Below, in pieces: positions 8,017-17,841 of a stretch of 64,000 nt of DNA. Made by a program: the position numbers and the translations under genes. Origin of the DNA: Candidatus Latescibacterota bacterium (GTDB taxonomy: Bacteria; Latescibacterota; UBA2968); the NCBI GenBank assembly GCA_965116885.1, contig OZ220741.1, positions 2,240,001-2,304,000 on the forward strand. Direction: 5' to 3'. The notes below the pieces were generated by a model. The model was not told where the DNA came from. It saw only the letters and a list, made by a program, of their open reading frames with translations, and made no database searches. Position 1 is the stretch's first letter. Each line of letters opens with the position of its first letter.

Positions 8017-9492
8017 ATGTCTGTACAACCAAACGTCTTGTTAATTTCGACAGATCACTGGCCTGCCAACCTTTTGGGATGTGATGGTCATCCTGTTATT
8101 CAGACGCCGACGTTGGATGAATTGGCGCGAAGTGGTGTGCGTTTTTCCAATTGTTATGCCGAATGCCCGGTGTGTATTCCGGCACGGCGCACGTTGATGA
8201 CGGGTACCACGCCGCGAACGCACGGAGATCGCGTGTTTAAAGAGACCCTCGATATGCCCGATATGCCAACGATGGCGCAGACGTTTCGCAATGCGGGATA
8301 TCAGGCGTATGCCGTGGGTAAGTTGCATGTGTTTCCGCAGCGGGATCGCATTGGGTTTGACGATGTGATTTTAGACGAAGAGGGACGCACGCAGTACGGG
8401 GTTCTCGACGATTACGAGCTTTTTTTAGGCGATCAGGGCTATGCGGGCGAGCACTTCAATCACGGTATGAGCAATAACGAGTATAGTGCGATACCCTGGC
8501 ATTTGTCCGATGAAACCCATGCGACGAATTGGGCGACTCAAAATATGGCGCGATTTATTAAAAGGCGAGATCCCACGCGCCCATCGTTCTGGTTTATTTC
8601 CTATCGGCATCCACATCCGCCGATTGTGCCGTTGCAGAAGTACCTGGATTTTTATCGGGATATGGAGATGGATACGCCGTTTATGGGCGATTGGGTTCGG
8701 TCTGAGAATCTTCCCTATAGTCTTCAATCGATGACTGCACGAGGGGACAAGCACAGTGCGGTTCAAATCGAGATGGCGCGGCGTGCGTTTTATGCCCTGT
8801 GTACTCATATTGACCATAGTCTGCGCGTGTTGATTGGGACGCTGAGGGAGGAGGGATTGCTCGACAATACGATTATTTGTTTTACGTCGGATCACGGCGA
8901 TATGTTGGGCAATCACAATATGTTGGCGAAGCGTCTTTTCTACGAGGGGTCGGCCAATATCCCGATGATTTTGTTGGGGACTGCTGGCGATGAGCGGGTT
9001 GGGGTCAATCGCGTGGATGATCGCCTGGTGGGTTGGCAGGATGTGATGCCCACGTTGTTGGATCTGGCGGGTGTAGATATTCCCGATACTGTGGAGGGAA
9101 TGTCGATGGTTGGCGAACAAGAGCGGGATTGGTTTTACGGCGAGGTTGGCGAAGATGCCCATGCGACGCGGATGATTTGCGATGGTCGCTACAAGTTGAT
9201 TTACTATTCTGTGGGAAATTACCGGCAGCTTTTTGATCTGGAAAATGATCCCTGTGAACTCGTGGATTTGTCGTCCGATCCGCAATACGCCGAGACCCTG
9301 TCGCGGTTGACCGCGCTCTTGATTGGCGAACTTTACGGCGAGGATGAAGCATGGGTCGAGAATGGACAATTGGTGGGTCTGCCAGACCAGCCGTATCACT
9401 CCGGCCCCAATCGGGGGCTGACCAGCCAGCGCGGGCAGCACTGGCCCCCACCACCAAAATCCGATATGCCTCAGATTCAATGGTATGCGTGA
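8017..9492 (+). CDS. Formylglycine-dependent sulfatase (family S1)
   Basis: PNVLLISTDH, CIPARRTLMTG (CxPxR), GKLH, TSDHG. Confidence 0.9.
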   Translation: MSVQPNVLLISTDHWPANLLGCDGHPVIQTPTLDELARSGVRFSNCYAECPVCIPARRTLMTGTTPRTHGDRVFKETLDMPDMPTMAQTFRNAGYQAYAVGKLHVFPQRDRIGFDDVILDEEGRTQYGVLDDYELFLGDQGYAGEHFNHGMSNNEYSAIPWHLSDETHATNWATQNMARFIKRRDPTRPSFWFISYRHPHPPIVPLQKYLDFYRDMEMDTPFMGDWVRSENLPYSLQSMTARGDKHSAVQIEMARRAFYALCTHIDHSLRVLIGTLREEGLLDNTIICFTSDHGDMLGNHNMLAKRLFYEGSANIPMILLGTAGDERVGVNRVDDRLVGWQDVMPTLLDLAGVDIPDTVEGMSMVGEQERDWFYGEVGEDAHATRMICDGRYKLIYYSVGNYRQLFDLENDPCELVDLSSDPQYAETLSRLTALLIGELYGEDEAWVENGQLVGLPDQPYHSGPNRGLTSQRGQHWPPPPKSDMPQIQWYA

Positions 9493-9504
9493 GAAGGAGG
9501 AATT

Positions 9505-10515
9505 ATGCCATCGCGTTTGTTCAATTCACATCCAGACCACGGGATTCGCGTGCCAGGTGAGGTGGTGGAGGCATTCGTTCGTGAGCTTTTTCTCGCTGTG
9601 GGTACGTCTGAAGAACACGCACAGCATATGGCGGTTACGTTGACGGCAAATGATTTGCGCTGTGTGTTTAGCCACGGTACGCGGCAGGTGCGCGACTATA
9701 TATCGCAAATGAAGAATGGGCATACCAATCCGCGGCCCAATGTGACGGTGGTGTTCGAGTCAGAGGCGACGGCTATACTGGATGGGGATGGTGGGTTGGG
9801 GTATTTCCCATCGCATCGGGGAACGGAGATGGCGATTGAAAAGGCGTTAGAAGTGGGGGTGGGTACGGTGACGACGCGGAATCACTTCCACTTTGGCGCA
9901 GCGGGCAATTATTCCCGTATGGCGCTTGCCAGCGATTGTATTGGGATGGCGCTGTCTTCTCATCGCTATCGCCCGCGTCCAGATGCGACGGTTATGAGTG
10001 CGTCGGGTGGGTCGCCGATTAGTATTGCCGTGCCCACTGGGGAACAACCCCCTCTAATTATGGATATGGCGGCGCACTTTATCCCTTATAGTGAAGAATC
10101 ATTTGAGAAGTTTCCCGCGGCAGTTTTCAAGGGTTTGGGGCTGGCGGCTGTGCTTCAGGCGATGGGGGGAATTTTGGCCGGTATTTGGAATGAGGGGTAT
10201 GAGTTTACAGGTGAAGGCGAGGGGGCGGCACCACATCAAGGTGCGTTTATTGCGGTGTTTGACGTGAAGCGATTTGCCGATGTGGAGATGTTTAAGCGAG
10301 AGATGGATCGCTATGTCGGCGAGGCGCGTGCCACAAAACCGCTGCCGGGGCACGATCGCGCCGAGTTGGCCGGCGGCATGGAATGGCAATGGGAGAGAGA
10401 GCACCGCGAGATCGGTATTCCCATGACTGATGATCATCGCGATTTGCTGGAGAACGTGGGCGATGATGTCGGGGTTTCGTCGCCGTTTGGGGAATTTGAA
10501 GGGTCGCGGTTTTAG
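9505..10515 (+). CDS. Ldh_2 family (malate/L-lactate/sulfolactate dehydrogenase-like) oxidoreductase
   Basis: SHG, LDGDGGLG, NHFHFGAAG, PISIAVP, MDMA, KGLGLA motifs. Confidence 0.85.
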   Translation: MPSRLFNSHPDHGIRVPGEVVEAFVRELFLAVGTSEEHAQHMAVTLTANDLRCVFSHGTRQVRDYISQMKNGHTNPRPNVTVVFESEATAILDGDGGLGYFPSHRGTEMAIEKALEVGVGTVTTRNHFHFGAAGNYSRMALASDCIGMALSSHRYRPRPDATVMSASGGSPISIAVPTGEQPPLIMDMAAHFIPYSEESFEKFPAAVFKGLGLAAVLQAMGGILAGIWNEGYEFTGEGEGAAPHQGAFIAVFDVKRFADVEMFKREMDRYVGEARATKPLPGHDRAELAGGMEWQWEREHREIGIPMTDDHRDLLENVGDDVGVSSPFGEFEGSRF

Positions 10516-10545
10516 AAAGGTATTAACCAACACAAGGAGCAATAG

Positions 10546-11838
10546 ATGAGCGATAGACCGAATATTCTTTTTCTTTTTGCCGATCAGATGCACGCTTTTG
10601 CGATGGGGTGTATGGGGACGGAGGATATTCATACGCCAAATCTGGATAAGCTGGCGCGTGAAGGGGTTTTGTTTCGCAATTGTTATTCCAATGCACCGGT
10701 TTGTACGCCGTTTCGCGCGACGCTCATTTCGGGGCAATACGGGTCGCAGACAGATACGTTGCGCAATGGGCGGTATATTCCCGAGGGGACACGCACATTG
10801 GCAGGTGCGCTGAATGACGCGGGGTATCGAACCGGTTGGGTGGGCAAGTGGCATTTGGGCGCAACGGGGAATGTGTGGATTCCACCCGAGTTGCGGGCGG
10901 ATTTTACGGAGTTTATCGGGTATCAGTGCTATAACGATTTTTTGCACAGTGTGAAATTTTACGATGAAGTGGGTGATGAGCATTGGTATGATGATCACAG
11001 AACGGATGTGACGAGTGATATTGCGATTGAGCGCATGGAGAAGATGGCGGAAAACACACCCTTTGCGCTGTTTGTGTCCTATCAGAATCCGCATTATCCC
11101 GAGCAACCGGGATATGAATACGACGAGATGTATCGGGGCGTGACCCTTGCGCGACGTCCAAATTGCGTGGATGTTGATCCCTATACGAGAACGCATAGCC
11201 CGCCGAGTCCCAAGCCGCAGGAGAACGATCCGGTTTATCAACGCTATGGCAATGATCTCGATGAATATCTGCGCGCGTATTACGCGATGGTGACGCAGTT
11301 GGATGCAAATGTGGGGCGGATGATGGATGCCCTGGATCGCCTGGGGTTGCGAGATAATACGGTGGTGATGTTTACGTCGGATCACGGGGATTTGCAGGGT
11401 AGCCACGGAGAGACGAATAAGGGCAAGGCCTGGGAGGAGTCGAGTCGCATTCCCCTGATTGTTCGCGCTCCGGGGGGTGCGGCAGGTGCGGTGGTGGATG
11501 ATCTGGTGTCTGGCGTGGATTTTTTTGCGACGTGTGTAGATTACGCGGGGCAATCCCCCGTTCCTTCGGTTGAGGGCGACAGTTTCGCGCCTGTGGTGAG
11601 CGATCCTTCTCAGACCTTAGACCGACCGGTGTTTTCAGAGATGCAGCCCTGGTGTATGGTGCGCGAAGGCGCGTTTAAGCTGGTGGCGGAAAAAGAAGGC
11701 TTTGAAGCAACACATCTGTTCGATTTGGAAAATGATCCCTACGAGATGAATAATCTGTTGGGCGATCCCGCAAATGCTGAGAAACAGGCGCATTTGTACG
11801 ATGTGTTGCAAAACTGGTACAGGCGCGTGAAGAGGTGA
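10546..11838 (+). CDS. Formylglycine-dependent sulfatase (family S1)
   Basis: PNILFLFADQ, CTPFRATLISG, GKWHLG, TSDHG. Confidence 0.9.
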   Translation: MSDRPNILFLFADQMHAFAMGCMGTEDIHTPNLDKLAREGVLFRNCYSNAPVCTPFRATLISGQYGSQTDTLRNGRYIPEGTRTLAGALNDAGYRTGWVGKWHLGATGNVWIPPELRADFTEFIGYQCYNDFLHSVKFYDEVGDEHWYDDHRTDVTSDIAIERMEKMAENTPFALFVSYQNPHYPEQPGYEYDEMYRGVTLARRPNCVDVDPYTRTHSPPSPKPQENDPVYQRYGNDLDEYLRAYYAMVTQLDANVGRMMDALDRLGLRDNTVVMFTSDHGDLQGSHGETNKGKAWEESSRIPLIVRAPGGAAGAVVDDLVSGVDFFATCVDYAGQSPVPSVEGDSFAPVVSDPSQTLDRPVFSEMQPWCMVREGAFKLVAEKEGFEATHLFDLENDPYEMNNLLGDPANAEKQAHLYDVLQNWYRRVKR

Positions 11839-11900
11839 TTGTGGATGGTGCTGGGGATGCAGAGAGGAGCAAGGGAGATCCGACGTGGAGAGATCAAAGG

Positions 11901-11994
11901 GTAAAGGTACAGATTTGAAATTCTGGGAGCGCTTTTCGAGCTACAAAGTAAAGGTACAGATTTGAAATTCTGGGAGCGCTTTTCGAGCTACAAA
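11901..11994 (+). repeat. Perfect 47-bp tandem duplication spanning the channel start codon
   Basis: gtaaaggtacagatttgaaattctgggagcgcttttcgagctacaaa at 11901-11947 and 11948-11994. Confidence 0.95.
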
Positions 11995-12630
11995 TACACT
12001 ATTCTCGCCCTTTCTGTGGTTTTTCTTTTTTTTACAATGCCGTTGTTAGAGCGCGAGGGAGAGTATTTTTTACCGTTTCTTTTTTTGCCGATTATGGCCG
12101 CGGTGCTCTGGACGTTGAGACTTCATAGAGGGCTATTGGCGTTGTGTTTGTCGCTCGGATTTCTGGGATTTGGTTTTCATTTGGTTGTCGAGGCTATTGA
12201 TCTGCCTGAGGAAATATCCAGAGTGCTTGAGATGGCAGAGACGAGTGTTTATAAACTGTTTTACGGGATATGTCTTCTGGTCTTTTTGCACCGGATTTTT
12301 TCTGAGACGACGGTCACAGCAGATACCATCCAGGGGGGGATAGCCGTTTATTTTTTGAGCGGCTTGTTGTGGGCATTTTTTTATGAAACTCTGTTGTTAT
12401 TTAATCCAGATGCGATTTTGTTTTCGGATCATATTTCGGGTGAGTTTTCAGATCTCATTTATTTTTCTTTTGTAACAATAACCACCCTGGGCTATGGGGA
12501 TATAACGCCTGTGAGCCGGATGGCGAAAAATCTGGCGCTTTTGGAAGCTGTTTGGGGGCAAACCTATCTGGCGGTGCTGGTTGCGCGTCTGGTGGGATTG
12601 CATTTAAGTGGCAGCGGTCGATTCGATTGA
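11962..12630 (+). CDS. Potassium channel family protein (Ion_trans_2)
   Basis: Multiple TM segments; YFSFVTITTLGYGD selectivity filter. Confidence 0.85.
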   Translation: MKFWERFSSYKYTILALSVVFLFFTMPLLEREGEYFLPFLFLPIMAAVLWTLRLHRGLLALCLSLGFLGFGFHLVVEAIDLPEEISRVLEMAETSVYKLFYGICLLVFLHRIFSETTVTADTIQGGIAVYFLSGLLWAFFYETLLLFNPDAILFSDHISGEFSDLIYFSFVTITTLGYGDITPVSRMAKNLALLEAVWGQTYLAVLVARLVGLHLSGSGRFD

Positions 12631-14724
12631 GGATGGTGTTTGGGCAAAGAAGTCCGGGATATCGACGGGTTCACCCAGAGATAGATTCATGAGCATGTCG
12701 TGCATGCAGAATGCAGGTTCGTTTTGGGCGGGTTCAATGTGACGGTCTGTGCCATCGGGGAGTATTTCGCGCGATTTGACATTGTCGGCAAAACATGCAC
12801 TGAGGAGTTCTGATTTTATCCGATTGATCAGGTCTGGATCTTCGATGGGGCAAAGCGTTTCGACGCGGCGACGCAAATTTCGAGGCATCCAATCCGCACT
12901 GCCAATGTACACATCGGGTTTCCCGTCATTTTCAAAGTAGTAGATGCGGCTGTGTTCCAGAAATCGTCCGATGATGCTGCGCACTCTGATGTTGTCGCTT
13001 ATACCGGGGACACCCGCACGCAGACAGCATATACCGCGCACAATCAGGTCAATTTGTACGCCGTTTTGCGATGCGCGATACAGCGCGCGGATCACTTTGG
13101 GGTCTTGAAGTGAATTCATTTTCGCGACAATACGGGCTGTGCGCCCTTTGCGGGCATGGTGGATTTCGCGGTCGATTTTTTTGAGGATGGAATCGAGCAT
13201 GGTAGAGGGTGCAATGAGAAATTTGCTGACCTGGGGATGTGCAGATTGCGTGGTGAGCAGGTTAAAAACTTCCGCCACATCATTTGTGATGTCTTCGCGT
13301 GCTGTGAACAATCCCAGGTCCGTATAAAGTCGGGCTGTTGAGGGATTGTAATTGCCCGTGCCGATGTGGGCATAGCGCCGCAGACCATTGTTGGTTTCGC
13401 GCCTGACCACCAGCGAGAGTTTGCAGTGCGTTTTAAGGCCCACGACGCCATATACGACGCATACACCCGCATCCTGAAGGCGGCGCGCCCATCGAATATT
13501 GGATGCCTCGTCAAATCGCGCTTTGAGTTCAACGACCACAGTAACTTCTTTGCCCGTCTCTGCTGCGCGAATCAGTGCATCGATAACGGGCGAATCTTCG
13601 CTGGTGCGATAGAGCGTCTGTTTGATGGCGAGCACATCGGGGGCGGTTGCTGCTGAATTGACGAATTGAACAACGGGTGTAAAAGCATCGTAGGGATGGT
13701 GGAGCAACATATCTTTTTGTCTGATCTGATCAAAGAGTGTCTCGATTTCTTCATAAGTCTGGTCGGGCGGGTGATAGGGCGAATATTTCAAATCGGATCT
13801 GGGGATCGCGCTATAAAGTCCCATTAAACGGTTGAGATTCACAGGTCCGTTGACCTGATACACCTGATTGTTTTTTAGACTGTATGTCGATTGTAAACGC
13901 TTGACAAGTGCCTTGCTCGCATCGGCTTCAATTTCGAGGCGGACCGTGTCGCCTTTGCGTCGATTTCGCAATTCGTCTTCAATGGCGAGCAATAAGTCGT
14001 CGGCTTCTTCTTCGTCCAGGTAGAGATCGCTATTTCGGGTGATGCGGAATGCAGCCGAGTCGAGAATTTGATATCCCCGGAAAAGTTCGGGAATATGTGC
14101 CTGAACAATATCGGCGAGGAAGACAAAGTCGGTGCGTTGGCTGTCTTCTTCATGGGGCAAGCGAATTAGACGCGGCAATAGACGGGGAACCTGTACGACG
14201 CCGAGCAGTGTTTCGCCTTCGCGATTTTTGAGCAAAAGGGCGATGCAGAGGGCTTTGTTGATCAGGCGCGGTAATGGGTGTGCGGGGCTGATGGTGAGTG
14301 GGGTTAATACCGGGTAGAGTTCTGCGTGGCAATAGTCGTCGAGAAAGGCTTTTTCGCATTTGGAAAGCGTGCTGATGGTGCGTATGTGAACATCTGCATC
14401 GCGCAATGCGGGAAGGAGTTCGTCATTCCAGCAGGCGTATTGCTCATCGACCATGCGATGGGCTTCTTTTGCAATGGCCGAAATTTGTTCTTCGGGCAGG
14501 AGGCCATCGGGACCGTAGTCGGAAATGCCCGCTTCTACTTGCTGGAGCAGTCCCGCTACGCGCACTTCAAAAAATTCGTCGAGGTTGTTGGCTACAATGC
14601 CCAGGAATTTGACCCGTTCCAGGAGGGGATTTTCGGGGGTACGGGCTTCTTGTAATACGCGCTGATTAAAGCGCAGCCATGAAAGTTCTCGATTGAGATA
14701 TAGACTGGTATCGCCGAGGTCCAT
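12604..14724 (-). CDS. ppk1: Polyphosphate kinase 1
   Basis: NRELSWLRFNQRV, NNLDEFFEVRVAGL, HHPYD, LKARFDE, KTHCK, GRFLEHSR, SADWMPRN. Confidence 0.97.
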   Translation of the reverse strand: MDLGDTSLYLNRELSWLRFNQRVLQEARTPENPLLERVKFLGIVANNLDEFFEVRVAGLLQQVEAGISDYGPDGLLPEEQISAIAKEAHRMVDEQYACWNDELLPALRDADVHIRTISTLSKCEKAFLDDYCHAELYPVLTPLTISPAHPLPRLINKALCIALLLKNREGETLLGVVQVPRLLPRLIRLPHEEDSQRTDFVFLADIVQAHIPELFRGYQILDSAAFRITRNSDLYLDEEEADDLLLAIEDELRNRRKGDTVRLEIEADASKALVKRLQSTYSLKNNQVYQVNGPVNLNRLMGLYSAIPRSDLKYSPYHPPDQTYEEIETLFDQIRQKDMLLHHPYDAFTPVVQFVNSAATAPDVLAIKQTLYRTSEDSPVIDALIRAAETGKEVTVVVELKARFDEASNIRWARRLQDAGVCVVYGVVGLKTHCKLSLVVRRETNNGLRRYAHIGTGNYNPSTARLYTDLGLFTAREDITNDVAEVFNLLTTQSAHPQVSKFLIAPSTMLDSILKKIDREIHHARKGRTARIVAKMNSLQDPKVIRALYRASQNGVQIDLIVRGICCLRAGVPGISDNIRVRSIIGRFLEHSRIYYFENDGKPDVYIGSADWMPRNLRRRVETLCPIEDPDLINRIKSELLSACFADNVKSREILPDGTDRHIEPAQNEPAFCMHDMLMNLSLGEPVDIPDFFAQTPSSIESTAAT

Positions 14725-14771
14725 AACACACTCCGGGGGAAGAGACGACGGAATTGCGCTATTTGTCTGAT

Positions 14772-14801
14772 ATTATAATGCGATTTGAGGCAGATTGTCA
14801 A
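14772..14801 (-). promoter_or_regulatory. Consensus sigma70 promoter for ppk1
   Basis: Minus strand TTGACA-18 bp-TATAAT. Confidence 0.75.
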
Positions 14802-14819
14802 ATGAAAACAACAGTGTAC

Positions 14820-15087
14820 CTATGGTGCAAAGCCCTTCAAAAAGGCCATTACCGCTTGAAGATTTTCGGTTTCTCCATTGCGGCGAAGGGCTGTGGCATA
14901 GGCGCGGGCAAAGTCGCGGGTGAGACGTCGATATCGCGCATCTTCTGGGTGGATGAGGTGAGCGGCTAAGGCATATTGGAACGCGATCAGGTGTATAGAG
15001 TTGGGCATTTGTCGCAAATAAAAAAAACAGGCTGATGCTTGCACACACCAGCCCGGTAAAAGCAATTTTTGAGAAGTTAGTCGTCAT
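14820..15087 (-). pseudogene. Small membrane-anchored protein, apparently frameshifted in a T8 tract
   Basis: N-terminal TM frame (15087 start) joins the 14820..15065 frame if one base of the run at 15020-15027 is removed. Confidence 0.45.
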
Positions 15088-15580
15088 AACTCAACAAGCG
15101 GTAGTATCGCTCTTTTTCGACAATAGAACCCAGGATGTGCAGGTCGCGTTCGTCGCCTTCGGGCGTTTTGACGGTGAGGACCGTGCCTCCGCGCAGTTTA
15201 AATTTTTTGTAGTCGCGCGTGGGCCTGGTGAATCGAATGCGCACAAAATCGTAATTTTTGCCACCGTAATTTCGCACCCATTTTGGTATGCCTTTCAAAT
15301 TCCTTTTGTTGAGATTGCTCCAGGCAAATTCACCGGTGAAACCGGGGTTTTGTGGAAATTCTGGCCAGAGTTCGTCGATGTACTGGTCTTTATCTACGCT
15401 CAGGTGGAAGAGTTGTTCGGCTGATTTGGTGTTGAGTGCCACAACAACGGCGCGTCCCAGTTCTTCGGGCGTTTCACCATAACCGCGTTGGAGTGTGGCG
15501 TCACTACAGGCCCATACGGCAAGCGTGCAACATGCGGCAATAAGTTTAAGACATTTCATGTGATACTTCAATCCTTTCAC
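15077..15580 (-). CDS. Hypothetical lipoprotein (start may be 15559)
   Basis: MKCLKLIAACCTLAVWAC lipobox-like signal; coding-like body. Confidence 0.65.
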   Translation of the reverse strand: MKGLKYHMKCLKLIAACCTLAVWACSDATLQRGYGETPEELGRAVVVALNTKSAEQLFHLSVDKDQYIDELWPEFPQNPGFTGEFAWSNLNKRNLKGIPKWVRNYGGKNYDFVRIRFTRPTRDYKKFKLRGGTVLTVKTPEGDERDLHILGSIVEKERYYRLLSYDD

Positions 15581-15636
15581 AGCAGTGATTCTTGAAACTG
15601 AAAAAATATAACGATTTTAATTTTTAAAGTCTATGG

Positions 15637-15684
15637 TTCACAAAAAGGTCGGATGAATTTTCGCTCATCCGACCTTTTTGTGAA
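15637..15684. terminator. Bidirectional intrinsic terminator
   Basis: TTCACAAAAAGGTCGGATGA...TCATCCGACCTTTTTGTGAA long perfect inverted repeat just past the 15700 stop. Confidence 0.85.
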
Positions 15685-15699
15685 TCGGCTACGGCAGTT

Positions 15700-17484
15700 T
15701 TACTGACTTGAGGGTCTTTCATTGGTCGTCCAGCCGGCCAACCAATTTCTCAGGGGATCAACGCCGCCGATAAAGTTGACAGGTGTAAAAAATCCATCGT
15801 CGGGTGGCGAAGCCACAGGCACTGTGCCGTCAACAGCAGGAGAAGTAGTTGCGGGTGTGAAGTCGGGTGTAGATGTACTGTAGGGTGCCATGAGCATGGG
15901 ATCGATTTCAGCGTTGTTGAAAGATGGCATTCTCGCCCAGGCCGCTTCTTCAATGTCATCACTATCGACTTCAAAGTTACCCGGCACCTTCTCGCCTTCA
16001 GCCGCACCATCAACCTTGTTGTTGTAGAAGATGGTGTTCTGTACCGACAATTCGCCACTGTTGGCCAGTTGAATTGAGGAGCCAGTATCAATGTCCAACC
16101 CACCCTTGTTGAAGCCAATTACGATGAAGTTGCGCAAGGTGGCTGCTGTGCCTTCGCGCAGCAAGAGGCCCGTGTCTGATTCGGGACCATTGGGATCGCC
16201 GACCAGGGTTACGTTGTAGATGGTGGGATTGGATCTTGGCATGGCTTCGTTGTTGTCGCCTTCGTTGTCAGATTCGAAGCCGTTGTCTGCGTCATCGCCG
16301 CGCTGTTGTGCGACCCAGAACTGACCTTTGCCCGTCCATCCGTCTGTCCAGTCGAAGGAATCATCGCGGATGCCGGTGCAGTAGAGGTGTTTGGCATTGA
16401 CTGTGCCCCCGAAGAACTCGATGCCGTCGTCCTGATTGTAGTGAACCTGTACATAGTCAACGACTGTGCCAGAGCCGACGCCCTGGAAAGCGATGCCGTT
16501 GAGTTCGTTGTCTGGTGAAAATTCGATGCCGGCGAACTCGACGCGTACATAGCGCAGGATGCCCGAGTTGTCCTCTGGGTCAGAGCCGCCGTATGATCCC
16601 GTGTCGCCTTCGCCTTGTGCGACAGCACCTGTGTTGACGGGTGCGCGGCCGTTGATGATGAGACCGCCCCACTGTCCGCGGTCACGCTGGTCTTCTAATG
16701 CGTCAGAGGTGAAGACGATGGGTCTGTCAGCGCGGCCATTGGCGATGAGTTTTCCGCCCTGGGCGACGATGAGTGCGCCGTTTGTCGCACCTTCACCGAA
16801 GAGGGTCGTGCCAGGCTCAATGGTGAGTGTGGCACCGTCTTGTACGAAGACCGCGCCGGATAGGAGGTAGTATTTGTCAGATGTGAGGAGGCGACCAGAG
16901 GTGATCATGCCTGTGAGGATTTCGGGCATACCAGATGCCATGCCCGAAGGTGTGGTCATTGCCGTAGCGGCTGAACCCGGTGCCGAGGGACCTGTAGCAC
17001 TGATGACTACAATGCGATAAGCATAGTCGGTTCCGGGAACCAGATCTGTATCTGTATAACTCGTACTTGTCACATTTTCGGCAACGGTTGTGAAGTCGGG
17101 CAAACCCTGCATCCTGCGCTCTACATTATAACCTGTTGCATCAGCAATGGCTGCCCAACTCACGGCAATGGACATGTTGCTTTCTACGGCGAGTGTAGGG
17201 GTAAGACCTGCAGGGGTTATCCCGGATGATTGCCCGAAAACGGATACAAACTGGAGAAAGTCGGGAAATTCAATCGTTCCATTGCCATCAAAATCCATTC
17301 TGCCATCAAAATCTGGGTCTGCTGAATTCTTGTTGAAAACAGAGACAAATAGGAGAAAATCGTTAAAGTCAACTGTTCCGTCGCCATTAAAGTCAGCGCG
17401 TGCCGGGTCTGTTTGTGCATGAGCAAAACCCGCCAGACCATAAGTCAATCCCAGAACGAGGCATACGCGGAAAAAACGTCTCAC
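15700..17484 (-). CDS. Secreted protein: dockerin-like EF-hand pair + fibronectin type III + parallel beta-helix domain
   Basis: Signal peptide (AHA-Q); DFNGDGTVDFNDF/DFDGNGTIEFPDF; VSWAA..GYNVER..YTDTDL.PGTDYAYRI (FN3); LTIEPGT, GQWGGLII, DNSGILRYVRVEFAG, DDGIEFFGG. Confidence 0.8.
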   Translation of the reverse strand: MRRFFRVCLVLGLTYGLAGFAHAQTDPARADFNGDGTVDFNDFLLFVSVFNKNSADPDFDGRMDFDGNGTIEFPDFLQFVSVFGQSSGITPAGLTPTLAVESNMSIAVSWAAIADATGYNVERRMQGLPDFTTVAENVTSTSYTDTDLVPGTDYAYRIVVISATGPSAPGSAATAMTTPSGMASGMPEILTGMITSGRLLTSDKYYLLSGAVFVQDGATLTIEPGTTLFGEGATNGALIVAQGGKLIANGRADRPIVFTSDALEDQRDRGQWGGLIINGRAPVNTGAVAQGEGDTGSYGGSDPEDNSGILRYVRVEFAGIEFSPDNELNGIAFQGVGSGTVVDYVQVHYNQDDGIEFFGGTVNAKHLYCTGIRDDSFDWTDGWTGKGQFWVAQQRGDDADNGFESDNEGDNNEAMPRSNPTIYNVTLVGDPNGPESDTGLLLREGTAATLRNFIVIGFNKGGLDIDTGSSIQLANSGELSVQNTIFYNNKVDGAAEGEKVPGNFEVDSDDIEEAAWARMPSFNNAEIDPMLMAPYSTSTPDFTPATTSPAVDGTVPVASPPDDGFFTPVNFIGGVDPLRNWLAGWTTNERPSSQ

Positions 17485-17841
17485 AAGTGTGTCCTTTCAT
17501 TTTGAGTGATGAGCCTGTGCAGATCGGATATTGACGATGTACAGTATATAGACAGGAATAGGGGCTATTCTGTCTTATTGTCTATCGCCAGGTTAATGAT
17601 TGTGTTCGATGGCGCCCGCGACTACGCCATCTGCGATGATCTGCTCTGGCCCGATGGTGTAAATTCTTAAAAAGCAACCACAGGCCTGTCCCTGTGAAAA
17701 CAGGGATAGACACCGATGGTTGTGGGTTCTTGCTTATCTCAAAATATGTACAAAAAATCCGTCTGTGTGCATCTGTGTAAAACGCTCAAATGAACTGGCC
17801 TGACACCAGTTGTACACCGCTCGCTCGCGTTTTTTCTGTGG

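Noticed and set aside
10099..11553. Long antisense ORFs (484 aa here; also 2778..3959, 8425..9480, 42299..43282, 53441..54451, 54560..55351)
   Set aside because: Shadow frames opposite well-supported genes; no motifs and atypical composition
12604..12630. 27-bp convergent overlap of the K+ channel gene and ppk1
   Set aside because: Short 3' overlaps of convergent genes are common
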